DNA of 62,106 bases. It comes from Chloroflexota bacterium (GTDB lineage Bacteria; Chloroflexota; Dehalococcoidia; DSTF01; JACRBR01). Positions 16,790-28,655 of this stretch are shown one piece after another. How positions within the stretch are numbered: position 1 is the stretch's first letter; each line of letters opens with the position of its first letter. A program made the position numbers and the translations under genes. The notes beneath the pieces were generated by a model that saw only the letters and a program-made list of their open reading frames with translations, did no database searches and was not told the DNA's origin. The stretch lies in contig JBBING010000007.1 of assembly GCA_037444005.1 (NCBI GenBank), positions 1 to 62,106 on the forward strand, written 5' to 3'.

Positions 16790-17983
16790 CTACGCGTCCG
16801 CCGCGCACGCCGCGGGCAACAGGCGCGCGAAGACTTCGTTCCCCAGGAGGCGCCCCCGCGGCGTGAGCCGGATGTGCCCGTCGGCGCGCTCGAGCAGGCC
16901 GTACGCGAACAGTTCCGGCAGCTCGGCGGCGTACACGTCCTCGAAGGGCCGGCCGTGGCGGCGCTCGAACGCCGCCAGGTCCACGCCTTCGATGAGCCGC
17001 AGCCCCAGAATCGCCGTCTCCGCCATCTGCAACTCCGGCGGCTCGCGCTCCACCGACGCCACCTGACGCATGGTCGTCGGCCCGCCGCCCTGTGAGGCCT
17101 CCCACGTCTCGTTCACCGCCGCCAGGTACCGCGACGGCAGGCGCTCGTTGGCGAACCGCACGCCATCGACGTACGAATGCGCGCCCGCGCCGACGCCGAG
17201 ATACTCCTCGTTGCGCCAGTACACCAGGTTGTGACGGCAGCGGCGTCCGGGCTTCGCCCAGTTGGAGAGCTCGTAATGCTCGTAGCCGGCTTCGGCGAGC
17301 ATCCGCTCCGTGAGCTCGTACATGTCCGCCTGCAGGTCGGGGTCGGGCGCGGGCTTCCGTCCGCGGGCGACGTCGCGCGCCAGCGCCGTGCCCTCCTCGA
17401 CGGTGAGGGCGTAGACCGACAGGTGCTCGGGCTCGAGGCGGAGCGCCTCCTCCAGATTGCGTCGCCACCCGTCGAGCGTCTGACCGGGCAGCCCGAAGAT
17501 AAGGTCGAGGTTCACGTTGTCGAATCCCGCCGCCCGCGCGGCGGCGACCTCCCGGCGCACGTCGTCGGTCGTGTGGATGCGTTCGAGCGCGCGCAGCTCC
17601 GCGTCGTCGAAGCTCTGCACGCCGAAGCTCAAGCGGTTCACCCCTAGGGCGCGCAGGCCTCGAAGATACGCCTCGTTCACCGTCCCCGGGTTCGCCTCCA
17701 GCGACCACTCCACATCGGGGTCGAGCCGGAAGCATTCGCGGATGGTGGCGGCGACGCCGGCGAGCTCCTCGAGCGGAGTCAGGCTCGGCGTGCCGCCCCC
17801 GAAGTACACCGTCGGGACGGGGCGCGAGCCGAGCGACCGCGCCCAGAGCCGCAGCTCGCGGTCGAGCGCGCGGTCATAGGTCGGGATGAGGTGGTCCTGG
17901 CCCGCGTAGGAGTTGAAGTCGCAGTACCCGCACTTGGCGGTGCAGAACGGGATATGGACGTAGAGACTCAGGGGCGCCGTCAC
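16790..17983 (-). CDS. hemW: Radical SAM heme chaperone HemW
   Basis: LYVHIPFC..KC.YCDF, GGGTPS, HNLVYW. Confidence 0.92.
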   Translation of the reverse strand: MTAPLSLYVHIPFCTAKCGYCDFNSYAGQDHLIPTYDRALDRELRLWARSLGSRPVPTVYFGGGTPSLTPLEELAGVAATIRECFRLDPDVEWSLEANPGTVNEAYLRGLRALGVNRLSFGVQSFDDAELRALERIHTTDDVRREVAAARAAGFDNVNLDLIFGLPGQTLDGWRRNLEEALRLEPEHLSVYALTVEEGTALARDVARGRKPAPDPDLQADMYELTERMLAEAGYEHYELSNWAKPGRRCRHNLVYWRNEEYLGVGAGAHSYVDGVRFANERLPSRYLAAVNETWEASQGGGPTTMRQVASVEREPPELQMAETAILGLRLIEGVDLAAFERRHGRPFEDVYAAELPELFAYGLLERADGHIRLTPRGRLLGNEVFARLLPAACAADA

Positions 17984-18025
17984 GCCCGCATCGTAGCGCG
18001 CGGGCGCGCGGGGCCGCCACCGGCC

Positions 18026-18994
18026 TCACCGCGCGCGCGGCGTGAAGACGTCGTTGACGGCGTCGCCGAGCAGGTTGAACGCCAGGATGAGCGTCCCGAC
18101 CACCGACGCGGGCACGGCGATGAGATAGGGATGCTCGCTGAACGCGCGGATGGAGGTGGAGGCGTCGTAGATCATCACCCCGAAGCTCGGGTGCGGCGGC
18201 TGGATGCCCACGCCGAACCACGTGAGCAGAATCTCCGACCCGGCGATGGCGCCCAGCCCCGACGACACGCTGACGATGACGAGATTGCTCACGTTGGGCA
18301 GCAGGTGCCGCGTGATCACCCGGAAGTCGCTCGCCCCCAGCGCCCGCGCCGCGGTCACGTAGTCGGTCTCGCGGAGCGCCAGCACCTGCGAACGGATGAC
18401 TCGCGCGCCGCCCACCCACGAGAAGAGCGACAGCGCGCCGAAGATGAGGAAGTAGTCCGGCGCCCCGGAGTCGCGGATGCCTCCGATGCCGGTCCACTCC
18501 TCGATCCGCTTCGCCCAGACGTCCACGCGGTCGCCGAGAGCGGCGTTGATGAGGATGAGCATCGGCAGGCCGGGCAGCGCGAAGAAGACGTCGCCCGCCC
18601 GCATGATCAGCGTGTCGACCCAGGTGCCCCCGCGATACCCGGCGAGCAGCCCCAGCCCTACCGCGAGCACGATGCCTCCGGTGAACAGCGTCGCGACGGT
18701 GACGATGACCGTGGTCTGCATCGACCACAGCGAGCGGCTGAGCAGGTCGCGTCCCAGGCGGTCGGTGCCGAAGGGATGCGCCAGCGACGGGCCCTGGAAC
18801 GTGGCGTCGAGGTTTTGCTCCGCGAAGTCGTAGGGCGATAACCACGGCGCGAGGATGCCCGCCGCATAGAAGATGGCGATCACCACCAGCGCGACCACGG
18901 CGATGCGCTTCCGCAGAAGCCGGCGCACCGCCAGCGCCGTCGGGCTGCGGCCGCGGACCGCGGGCTCCTCCATGGTCATGGCGGCGGTGGTCAC
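18026..18994 (-). CDS. oppC: Oligopeptide/dipeptide ABC permease (OppC/DppC)
   Basis: HPFGTDRLGRD; EAA loop YVTAARALGA; HLLPN. Confidence 0.88.
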   Translation of the reverse strand: MTTAAMTMEEPAVRGRSPTALAVRRLLRKRIAVVALVVIAIFYAAGILAPWLSPYDFAEQNLDATFQGPSLAHPFGTDRLGRDLLSRSLWSMQTTVIVTVATLFTGGIVLAVGLGLLAGYRGGTWVDTLIMRAGDVFFALPGLPMLILINAALGDRVDVWAKRIEEWTGIGGIRDSGAPDYFLIFGALSLFSWVGGARVIRSQVLALRETDYVTAARALGASDFRVITRHLLPNVSNLVIVSVSSGLGAIAGSEILLTWFGVGIQPPHPSFGVMIYDASTSIRAFSEHPYLIAVPASVVGTLILAFNLLGDAVNDVFTPRAR

Positions 18995-19947
18995 GTCTGC
19001 GTCCCCCGTCCGCTGATGCGCACCCGCGGGTCGATGAAGGCGTAAGCCACGTCGACCACGATGTTGATGACCATAAAGGCGGCCGCGATCATCAGCACCA
19101 GCGCCAGCAGCAGGTCGTAGTCACGGTCGTTCACCGACTCGAACGCCAGCCGGCCCGCGCCGGGGATGCCCCACAGCGTCTCGACGAAGAACGACCCCTC
19201 GAGGACGGTGACGAGGGAGAGGCCAAAGATGGTGACGAGAGGCAGAAGCGCGTTGCGCGCCACGTGGCGCGTGAGCACCGTCATCTCGCTGAGGCCTTTG
19301 GCCCGAGCCGTGCGCACGTAGTCCTCCAAAAGCACATCGAGCGTCGTCGCCCGCACGAGCCGCGCGACGCCGGCGACGCCCGGAATCGACAGCGCCAGGA
19401 CGGGCACGAGCGCGTTGCGGCTGAAGACGCCGTCCCACCCGAGGCGCACCCATCCCAGCTCGACGACGAGCAGCCAGATGGCGACGGGGACCACCACCAC
19501 GCTCGGGATCGAACGAAAGAGGAGGAAGGTCCCGATGGCCATCGGGTCCTGCCAGCTTCCCTGGCGAGTGGCGGCGTAGATGCCGACGGGGATGCCGATG
19601 GCGAACGTCAGGAGGAGCGCCACGAGGTTGAGCTGCGCCGACACCCAGACCTTGGGCAGGATGACATCGACGACACTCCGGCCCTGGTAGCGGAAGCTCT
19701 CGCCCAGGTCGCCCTCGGTGAGGGCGCCCTTCACGTAGATCCAGTACTGCTCCCAGATGGGCTTATCGAGGCCGTACTGGGCGCGGACGCGGGCGAGCGC
19801 CTCCTCGTCCGTGAATTGCCCCGCCCGTACCCGCACGGGGTCGCCCGGCCCGAGTCGCGCGATGGCGAACGTGGCGAAGGAGACAACGGCCAGGACCGGA
19901 AAAATCCAGAGCAGGCGCCGGACGATGTAGCTCGCGAGCCCTTCCAC
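18991..19947 (-). CDS. oppB: Oligopeptide/dipeptide ABC permease (OppB/DppB)
   Basis: PGDP, YGLDKP, DYVRTARAKGL, DPRVR. Confidence 0.88.
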   Translation of the reverse strand: MEGLASYIVRRLLWIFPVLAVVSFATFAIARLGPGDPVRVRAGQFTDEEALARVRAQYGLDKPIWEQYWIYVKGALTEGDLGESFRYQGRSVVDVILPKVWVSAQLNLVALLLTFAIGIPVGIYAATRQGSWQDPMAIGTFLLFRSIPSVVVVPVAIWLLVVELGWVRLGWDGVFSRNALVPVLALSIPGVAGVARLVRATTLDVLLEDYVRTARAKGLSEMTVLTRHVARNALLPLVTIFGLSLVTVLEGSFFVETLWGIPGAGRLAFESVNDRDYDLLLALVLMIAAAFMVINIVVDVAYAFIDPRVRISGRGTQT

Positions 19948-19965
19948 CGCGCGCCCTCCGCGCCG

Positions 19966-21651
19966 CTAGCGCTCGACGTCGACGAAGCGCAGCTTCGGGA
20001 TGACGATGGGCGTGAGCTTGAAGTCCTTCACGTATGGCTTGATCAGCACGTGGTCGCGCCCGAAGAACAACGGGATCCACGGCGCGTCCTGGACGATCAG
20101 GCGCTCAGCCTCGCGGTACAGCTCGAACCGCCGCTGCTGGTCCTGCTCCGTCCGCGCCTCCTCCAGCAGGCGATCCACCTCCGGATTCGCGTAGCGGGTG
20201 TCGTTCTGCCGGCTGCGCGAGTGGAACTTGATGTCGAGGATGTCCTCCGGGTCCGGGTAGTCCATGATCCACCCGAGGTTGAACGCCTGATACCGCCCGG
20301 CGTCGATGTCGGCGAAGAACGTCGCCGACTGCGCCTGCTGGATCTTCACGTCGACCCCGAGGTTGTCCTTCCACATGGCGACGACGGTCTCGAGGATGGG
20401 GCCGGCGCTCGCGCCCCCTCCGGATTCGGCGATGGTGATCTCCGGCAGGCCGTCAGGGCCGCCGTACTTCGACTCGGCCAGCAGTTGCCGCGCCCGCTCC
20501 GGGTCGTAGGGCAGCGCCTGCGCGTCCGGGTTGTGTCCCGGCAGGTCGGGCGGCATGATGCCGTTCGCCACCCGCGCCCGGTTGAACAGCACCACCTCGT
20601 TGATCTTCTCCCTGTCGATGGACATGGCGAACGCCTGCCGCACCTTGACGTCATCGAACGGCGGCCGCTCGGTGTTGAATCCGATGTAAAAGATCGACAG
20701 GTCGTCGGCCGCGTGATACTCCGCGTTGAGTGGCTCCGACGGATCCTGGATGCGCTCGGTGTCGTCGAGCGGCACGCCCGAGATGTCGACCTCCCCCGCT
20801 TCGTAGGCGGACAGTCCGCCGCCGGCCAGCAGGAACTGCACTTCATCGATCTTCGGCGCGCCGAGGTGGTAGTCCTTGTTCGCCTCGAGGACGATCCGCT
20901 CGCCCAGCCGCCACTCCTTCAGCTTGAACGGACCCGTCCCGTTCGGCTTGAGCGTCCAGTTGCGGGGGTTCGATTCGATCTCGCGCCGGTCGACGACGAA
21001 GGCCGTCGGATAGGTGAGCTTCTGCAGGAAGTACGGCTTCGGCGCGTCGATGGTCACCCGCAGGGTCCGGTCGTCCACGACCTCGATGCCGCTGACCTCG
21101 TCGGCGCGGCCGCGGGCCTTGTCCCGCGCGCCCACGATGTCGCCGAGATAGAACTCCGCGACCACCGAGGCCGTCGACGGGTCGAGCGCCCGCTCCCAGG
21201 AATACTTCACGTCCTCGGCCGTGACGGGCCGGCGGTCGTGGAAGAACGCGTCCTGCCGGATGCGGAACGTGTAGACCGTGCCGTCCGGCGAGATGCCCCC
21301 GTTCTCCTTCGTGGGGACCTCCTCCGCCAGATCGGCCACCACATTCAGGTTCTCGTCGAGGGTGACCAGCCCACCGAAAATCTCGACGATGTAGGTCGCG
21401 GACTCGACGTCCTGGGCGACCGCGGGGTCGAGGGTGATGGGGTCGCTTCCGGGAATCCGGAGGACCTTCTTGCCCCCGGAGTCCTCGCGATCCTCGCCTC
21501 CGCCCGAGGCCTGCTCCGTCGGCTGCGCCCGCTCGCCGCCGCCCGTGTTGTCACCACCTCCTCCCTGGCTCACCAGGAGGATGGCGATGACGGCGATGAC
21601 GATGACCAGCGCCGCAGCGGCGCCGACGAGGCTGAGGACGGCTCGGTTCAT
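19966..21651 (-). CDS. oppA: Peptide ABC substrate-binding protein (family 5), N-terminal TM anchor
   Basis: TLDPA, YTFRIR..A.FHD, GTGPFKL, PFDDVKVRQA. Confidence 0.9.
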   Translation of the reverse strand: MNRAVLSLVGAAAALVIVIAVIAILLVSQGGGGDNTGGGERAQPTEQASGGGEDREDSGGKKVLRIPGSDPITLDPAVAQDVESATYIVEIFGGLVTLDENLNVVADLAEEVPTKENGGISPDGTVYTFRIRQDAFFHDRRPVTAEDVKYSWERALDPSTASVVAEFYLGDIVGARDKARGRADEVSGIEVVDDRTLRVTIDAPKPYFLQKLTYPTAFVVDRREIESNPRNWTLKPNGTGPFKLKEWRLGERIVLEANKDYHLGAPKIDEVQFLLAGGGLSAYEAGEVDISGVPLDDTERIQDPSEPLNAEYHAADDLSIFYIGFNTERPPFDDVKVRQAFAMSIDREKINEVVLFNRARVANGIMPPDLPGHNPDAQALPYDPERARQLLAESKYGGPDGLPEITIAESGGGASAGPILETVVAMWKDNLGVDVKIQQAQSATFFADIDAGRYQAFNLGWIMDYPDPEDILDIKFHSRSRQNDTRYANPEVDRLLEEARTEQDQQRRFELYREAERLIVQDAPWIPLFFGRDHVLIKPYVKDFKLTPIVIPKLRFVDVER

Positions 21652-21797
21652 CTCGACTCACCTTGCTGCGCGGCCGGGCCGGCGCCCGGCTCCACAGGTC
21701 CTATCGGCCGCGGGCGCCCGTCCGGGAGCGCCCGCATCCCTGATTCTCGCCGTCCGGCCCGCCGATGGCAACATTCGGGCCGCGCGGCCGGATGCGC

Positions 21798-23612
21798 TCA
21801 CTCCAGCACCAGCCGCAGCCCGAGCTCTCGCAGCGCCTCAGGCGGCACGGGATACGGCGCGCCCGTCATCGGGTCCTGCGCCGTCTTCGTCTTCGGGAAG
21901 GTCATCACCTCACGAATGTCCGTCTGCCCCGCGAGGATAGCGACGGTCCGGTCGAGCCCGGTGGCGATGCCGCCGTGCGGCGGCGCCCCGTACTTGAAGG
22001 CCTCGAGGAGATGCCCGAAGCGGTCCCGCTGCTCGTCGGGGCCGATGCCCAGCACATCGAACATCTTCCGTTGGACCTCCGGCAGGTGGATCCGGATGCT
22101 GCCTCCCCCGAGTTCGAAGCCGTTGCACACGAGGTCGTAGGCCTGGGCGCGCGCCGCACCGGGGTCGCGGTCGAGAAGGGGCATGTCCTCCGGCCGCGGC
22201 GATGTGAACGGGTGATGCATCGCGTACCAGCGCTGGTCTTCGTCGTTCCACTCGAGCAGCGGGAAGTCCACGATGAACGCGAACGCGAGCCGCTGCGGAT
22301 CCGCAAGGCCGAGCCGACCGGCGATTTCGCGGCGCAGCGCGTCGAGCGCGGGCTTGACCCGGTGCACGGACCCCGGCGCCTTCTGAGGAAGGCCTCCCTG
22401 GCCCGCGACGACGAGGAGGAGGTCGCCCTTCGACGCCCCGGCGCGCTCCGCCATCGCTCGCACCATCTCGGGCGCCAGGTACTTCCCGACCGGCGAGCGG
22501 AAGCCCTCGGCCGTCAGGCTGGCCGGCGCCTCCAGCAGCGCGATGGAGACGAGGCCCTTCGCTCCGTGATGTTGTACGAGCTCGGTGAGCGAGTCGATCT
22601 CCCGGCGGGTGAACGTCTCGCCGCCCGGGACGCACAATCCTTCGACGCGCCCGCCGCTTTCGACCGCGGTCCGGAAGACGCCGAACTCCGACCCGGCGAC
22701 GAGATCGGTGAACTCGCACAGCTCGAGACCGTAGCGGAGGTCCGGCTTGTCGGTGCCGAACCGGCGCATCGCTTCGTCGTACGTGATCCGCGGGAAGGGA
22801 CGCGAGACCTTCAGGTCGGGGCGCACCGCTTGCGCGAGCGAGACGTACAGCTCCTCGATGAGCGCGAGGATATCGTCCTGCTCGACGAAGCTCATCTCGA
22901 GGTCGAGCTGGGTGAACTCGGGCTGCCGGTCGGCGCGCAGGTCCTCGTCCCGGAAACAGCGGGCGATCTGGAAGTAGCGCTCGAAGCCCGCGACCATGAG
23001 AAGCTGCTTGAACTGCTGGGGCGACTGCGGCAGCGCGTAGAACGAGCCCTTCTGCAGGCGGCTCGGCACGAGAAAGTCCCGCGCACCCTCGGGCGTAGGG
23101 TTCGCCAGAATGGGCGTTTCGATCTCCACGAAGCCGCGCTCCATGAGGAAATCGCGGATGAACTTCGTGACGCGGTGACGCAGCAAGATACGCTGGTGCA
23201 TGCCCTCGCGCCGCAGGTCGAGATAGCGGTACCGTAGACGCAGCAGGTCCTCGACTTCGGTCTCTTCGTTGATGTAGAAGGGCGGCGTCTGCGACGTGTT
23301 CAGCAGCGTCGCCGTCCGCGCGCGGACCTCGATCTCGCCCGTAGGGAGCGCGCGGTTCTCAGTGCCCGGCTTGCGGGGCGCGACCTCGCCCGTGACCTGC
23401 ACGACGTACTCGACCCGGAAGTCCTGGGCGACGGCGTGTGCGTCCGGCGCCTCCGCGGGGTTGAACACGACCTGCACGAGCCCCGTGGTATCGCGGAGGT
23501 CCACGAAGATGAGACCGCCGTGATCGCGGCGGCGGTGCACCCATCCCGCGAGCGTCACGGCCTGGCCGGCGTGGTCCTTCCGCAGGGTCCCGCAGTCGTG
23601 AGTCTTGAGCAC
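21798..23612 (-). CDS. aspS: Aspartyl-tRNA synthetase
   Basis: GWVHRRRDHGG, PEGARDF, LPQSPQ, FRDEDLRADRQPEF, GGGSIR, PPHGG; GTG start with GGAGG SD. Confidence 0.97.
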   Translation of the reverse strand: MLKTHDCGTLRKDHAGQAVTLAGWVHRRRDHGGLIFVDLRDTTGLVQVVFNPAEAPDAHAVAQDFRVEYVVQVTGEVAPRKPGTENRALPTGEIEVRARTATLLNTSQTPPFYINEETEVEDLLRLRYRYLDLRREGMHQRILLRHRVTKFIRDFLMERGFVEIETPILANPTPEGARDFLVPSRLQKGSFYALPQSPQQFKQLLMVAGFERYFQIARCFRDEDLRADRQPEFTQLDLEMSFVEQDDILALIEELYVSLAQAVRPDLKVSRPFPRITYDEAMRRFGTDKPDLRYGLELCEFTDLVAGSEFGVFRTAVESGGRVEGLCVPGGETFTRREIDSLTELVQHHGAKGLVSIALLEAPASLTAEGFRSPVGKYLAPEMVRAMAERAGASKGDLLLVVAGQGGLPQKAPGSVHRVKPALDALRREIAGRLGLADPQRLAFAFIVDFPLLEWNDEDQRWYAMHHPFTSPRPEDMPLLDRDPGAARAQAYDLVCNGFELGGGSIRIHLPEVQRKMFDVLGIGPDEQRDRFGHLLEAFKYGAPPHGGIATGLDRTVAILAGQTDIREVMTFPKTKTAQDPMTGAPYPVPPEALRELGLRLVLE

Positions 23613-23719
23613 GCCCGGTCCTCCTCGTTCGATTGGTGGTCGCAGTGTCGCAGCTTCGCGGCGCGGCGGCAACGGCGGCGGCCGTCCGCGGTCGTTCCTA
23701 CTGTCACAATCTGAGGGCA

Positions 23720-23728
23720 TGGTATACT
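23720..23728 (+). promoter_or_regulatory. Extended -10 promoter, probably giving a leaderless tig mRNA
   Basis: TG-G-TATACT ends 6 nt before GTG 23735; no SD. Confidence 0.6.
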
Positions 23729-23734
23729 CCCGAT

Positions 23735-25069
23735 GTGAAGGTCACCAAAGAGAAGATTCCTGAAAGCCAGATCGTCCTGACGATCGAAGTCCCTCAAGAG
23801 CGCCTGGAAGGCGCTCTTGATTCCGCCTACCGGAAGCTGGCCCGGCGCGCCAAGATCCCGGGCTTCCGGCCGGGCAAGGCGCCGCGCGCCCTCGTGGAGC
23901 GCCACTACGGCCGCGAGACGCTCATCGACGAGGCCCTCGATAGCCTCGTCCCGCAGGTCTACCGCGAGGCCCTCGAGCGTGACCAGGAGATCGAGCCCAT
24001 CGACCTTCCGCGGCTCTCCGTCGAGACGGTCGAGCCGCTGGTGATCAAGGCCACCATTCCGGTCAAGCCGACCGTCGAGCTCGGCGACTACCGCTCGGTG
24101 CGGGTCGAGCGGCCACCGGTCGAGGTCGACCCCGAGCAGGTCGACCGGACGCTCGAAGACCTGCGGCGGCGCTACGCGACGCTCGAGCCCGTCGACCGGC
24201 CGGTGCAGTGGGGCGACGTCGTCCGGGCGGACCTGCGCGCCGAGGTGAACGGGCGCACCCTCTTCGATGAGGAGGACGCCGAGTTCAAGCTCGTCGAAGG
24301 CCGCTCGGTGTCCCTTCCCGGATTCGAGGAGCGTGTCCTCGGGGCGACGAAAGGCGCGATCCTCGAATTCGACCTGACGGCGCCCGAAGATATCGCGGAC
24401 AAGCGGGTCGCCGGCAAGCCGTGTCACTACCGGGTCGCGATCAAGGAGGTGAAGGAAGAGGTCCTGCCGGAACTCAACGACGACTTCGCGCGGGAGGTCG
24501 GCGAAGGGTTTCCGTCGCTCCAGGCGTTGCGGGAGCGAATCGAAGCGGACATCCGGGCGAGCGAGGAGGCGCGAGCTGCGCGAGAACATCAGGACCGCAT
24601 TCTCGACGCGCTCCTGCAGCAGGCGACGATCGAGTATCCTCCCGTGCTGTTGGACCGCGAGATCGAGCGCCTGATCCGCGACCACCTGGGCCCGAACACG
24701 GACCGCGAGGACTTCGAGCGGTATCTCGACCGCATCGGCAAGACCGAGGAGGAGGTTCTGGCCGAGCTTCGGCCCATCGCGGACGACCGCGTCCGGCGTT
24801 CCCTGGTGTTGACGGCCGTGGCCGAAGCCGAACATCTCGACGTGACGGACGCCGAGATCGACGCCGAAATCCAGCGGCTGGTGTCGTCCGCGCCCGAATG
24901 GCGGGCCGCCGAGCTTCACGAGCTGTTCCGAAGCGAACCGGGGCGCCGGTCGCTGCGGAACTCGCTGCTGACCAGGAAAACCTTGGAGCGCCTCGAAGCC
25001 ATCGCCTCGGGCCGGGCCGAGCCGGCCGACGCGGCCGCCGGAGCGGGCGCGGCGGAATCGGAATCCTGA
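23735..25069 (+). CDS. tig: Trigger factor
   Basis: [10 protein letters not shown] ribosome-binding loop, FKBP-like middle domain, LPELNDDFA. Confidence 0.95.
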   Translation: MKVTKEKIPESQIVLTIEVPQERLEGALDSAYRKLARRAKIPGFRPGKAPRALVERHYGRETLIDEALDSLVPQVYREALERDQEIEPIDLPRLSVETVEPLVIKATIPVKPTVELGDYRSVRVERPPVEVDPEQVDRTLEDLRRRYATLEPVDRPVQWGDVVRADLRAEVNGRTLFDEEDAEFKLVEGRSVSLPGFEERVLGATKGAILEFDLTAPEDIADKRVAGKPCHYRVAIKEVKEEVLPELNDDFAREVGEGFPSLQALRERIEADIRASEEARAAREHQDRILDALLQQATIEYPPVLLDREIERLIRDHLGPNTDREDFERYLDRIGKTEEEVLAELRPIADDRVRRSLVLTAVAEAEHLDVTDAEIDAEIQRLVSSAPEWRAAELHELFRSEPGRRSLRNSLLTRKTLERLEAIASGRAEPADAAAGAGAAESES

Positions 25070-25119
25070 GGATGAGCATCCCCGGCATGACGCCGGAGAC
25101 ACAAGGAGCCTCGAACGAC

Positions 25120-25725
25120 ATGGAGTTCACACCGACCAACGTCATCATCCCATCCGTTATCGAGACGAGCCCGCGCGGCGAGCGCGCGTTCGACATCTAT
25201 TCTCTGTTGCTGCGGGAGCGCATCATTTTCCTCGGCACGCCCATCGATGACCAGGTGGCGAACCTGATCATCGCGCAGTTGCTGTACCTGGAGCGGGAGG
25301 ACCCCGACCGGGACATCAACATGTACATCCACTCGCCGGGCGGCGTGATCCCGGCCGGGCTGGCGATCTACGACACCATGCAGCTCGTGCGGCCGGACGT
25401 GGCGACATACTGCGTCGGAATGACGGCGAGCATGGCCACGATCCTGCTGGCGGCGGGCGCGCCGGGCAAGCGCTACGCCATGCCCCACGCGACCGTCCAC
25501 ATGCATCAGGCGATGGGCGGCGCTCGCGGTCAGGCGGTGGATGTGGAGATCCTGGCCCGGGAGCTCCTGCGCGAGAACGAGATCATCCGGGATATCCTGG
25601 TGAAGCACACCGGTCAGGATCCCGAGCGCATCAAGCGGGACTTCGACCGGGACTTCTACATGAACCCGGTGCAGGCGAAGGAGTACGGGATCATCGACGA
25701 GATCCTGCAGCCCCCGCCGAAGTGA
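25120..25725 (+). CDS. clpP: Clp protease proteolytic subunit
   Basis: [23 protein letters not shown] (Ser), HQ, DRD. Confidence 0.95.
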   Translation: MEFTPTNVIIPSVIETSPRGERAFDIYSLLLRERIIFLGTPIDDQVANLIIAQLLYLEREDPDRDINMYIHSPGGVIPAGLAIYDTMQLVRPDVATYCVGMTASMATILLAAGAPGKRYAMPHATVHMHQAMGGARGQAVDVEILARELLRENEIIRDILVKHTGQDPERIKRDFDRDFYMNPVQAKEYGIIDEILQPPPK

Positions 25726-25812
25726 TCGTGTTGTCACGAAGGCGCAACTCCGGGGCTGGACGCTCGTTGTAAAGTAGAGAACGGTTTCGTCGATACCCCT
25801 CAGGAGACCCGA

Positions 25813-27135
<1,323 letters not shown>

Positions 27136-27145
27136 GGGGCCCGAC

Positions 27146-27240
27146 AAGCAAACAACGCGAAGCCGGCCGTGCGGCCGGCTTCGCCGCATCCGTATCGCGC
27201 CGAACGCGGCAGGGGCGTCCCAAACGGGAACGCCCCTGCC
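27146..27240. terminator. Two hairpins between the convergent clpX and tetR genes
   Basis: GCGAAGCCGGCCG/CGGCCGGCTTCGC with an A-rich flank (T-rich on the minus strand) and GGCAGGGGCGT/ACGCCCCTGCC. Confidence 0.65.
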
Positions 27241-27265
27241 GCTCCAACCCCCTGAGTTGGCCAGT

Positions 27266-27889
27266 TCAGCGCGGCGCCAGCGCCGCAGTGATGAAGTCGA
27301 CGACGCCGTCCTTGAGGCGGTCCGCCTCCGCGCCGTCGTCGGGGACGAAGCACTGATACACGGCGATGCTCACCAGGCCCGTCACCAGCTTGGCGAGCGT
27401 CTCCGGGTCCGCTCTACGCACGAAGCCGGCGTCCATCGCCCGACGGTACAGGTCCGCCAGAGGCTGCTCGCGCTCGCGAGCCGCCCGGGCCATCTCGCGC
27501 GCCTCCGGGCTCGTGGGATCCGTGTTCAGCACCACGAGCCGCAACAGCTCGCGGTTCTCCCGGCACGTCTCGAATACGGCCGAGACGCGCGCGTCCACGT
27601 CGTCCCGCAGGCTGGCGCCGGGTCCGGCGCCGCGCGCCGCGGCGCGCCCGATGAGCTCGAACAGCCGCTCGTGCAACGCCGCGAAGATGGCGTTCTTCGA
27701 CGGGAAATAGAGGTAGAAGGTGCCGAGGGCGATGCCCGCCTCTTCGGCGATGTCGGCGATGGTGGTCCCGTGGAAGCCTTTGCGGGCGAACACCGCTCGG
27801 GCGGCCTGGAGGATCGCTTCTCGTCGCGCCGCCTTCTGCAGCTCCGCGCGCTGCGCGCGGTCGGTTCCGGTGGTGGTCGCGCCCGCCAT
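27266..27889 (-). CDS. TetR/AcrR family regulator
   Basis: ILQAARAVFARKGFHGTTIADIAEEAGIALGTFYLYFPSK HTH. Confidence 0.92.
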   Translation of the reverse strand: MAGATTTGTDRAQRAELQKAARREAILQAARAVFARKGFHGTTIADIAEEAGIALGTFYLYFPSKNAIFAALHERLFELIGRAAARGAGPGASLRDDVDARVSAVFETCRENRELLRLVVLNTDPTSPEAREMARAAREREQPLADLYRRAMDAGFVRRADPETLAKLVTGLVSIAVYQCFVPDDGAEADRLKDGVVDFITAALAPR

Positions 27890-27892
27890 CAC

Positions 27893-27909
27893 TGAATGAA
27901 CGTCATTCA
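27893..27909. promoter_or_regulatory. Palindromic TetR operator, probably autoregulatory
   Basis: TGAATGA-ACG-TCATTCA immediately before the start codon; TTGACA at 27937-27932 on the minus strand. Confidence 0.7.
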
Positions 27910-28010
27910 TGTACCCTACAGCCCGCCCCCGTGTCAAGGGGCCAGACAAGCGTCGAGCGTCCCGCCGGCCGCGCGACGCTCGCTTCGGGCTACGGGCCCT
28001 CCCGGGCCGC

Positions 28011-28496
28011 TCACGGCGAGCAGCCGGGCGCGTTCCCTTCGAATACGGCGACGTGATAGATCTTCCCGTCCGGCGCCACCGCGGCCCCGGTGCCCATGCG
28101 CTCGAAGTGACAGTTGGTGATGGTCGCGAAGTGCGGCGGGCTCTCTTTCCACATGCGGATGGTCACGTCCACCGCCTGATTCAGCGGGTAGTTGTTCCAC
28201 GCGATGACCTCGCCCGCCCAGGCAGTCGTGATGCCGAACCGCTGATAAAGGCACGCGAAGTCGCAGCCGTCGGGCGGGTCGTGGCTGAAGTAGTTCTTGC
28301 GGGCCATGTCCTCCGCCCGCAGTCTGGCGACGGCCGCGAGCCCGGGATCGACCCGGAGGGGAGGCAGCCCCTGCTCGGCGCGCAGCCGGTTCAGCCCGAG
28401 GGCGACGTTGGCTTCCATCACCTGTTGCGACGTGCACGCCGCGGCCACCACGCCCAGCGTTCCCAGCGCCACGAGAGCGATCACGAGCCGTTTCAC
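28011..28496 (-). CDS. CAP/SCP-domain lipoprotein
   Basis: Lipobox AAAC; NRLRAEQGLPPL, MARKNYFSH, GEVIA, WKESPPH. Confidence 0.88.
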   Translation of the reverse strand: MKRLVIALVALGTLGVVAAACTSQQVMEANVALGLNRLRAEQGLPPLRVDPGLAAVARLRAEDMARKNYFSHDPPDGCDFACLYQRFGITTAWAGEVIAWNNYPLNQAVDVTIRMWKESPPHFATITNCHFERMGTGAAVAPDGKIYHVAVFEGNAPGCSP

Positions 28497-28655
28497 AGGT
28501 GTGCCTGCCTCTCCAGGCCGCCGCGGTCCGGATGACGGCGGCGCATCGTGTCTTCCACCTCATGCATCGGCAGGAGCGGCCCGATTCTTAAGGGTGTTCC
28601 CCTAGGGGAAGGGCGCTTTGGCAGGCGGCGGAGGGCCGGCGTAGAATGCGGTGTC

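Noticed and set aside
19264-22140. 958 aa plus-strand ORF
   Set aside because: Antisense shadow of oppB/oppA/aspS in high-GC DNA; no domain motifs
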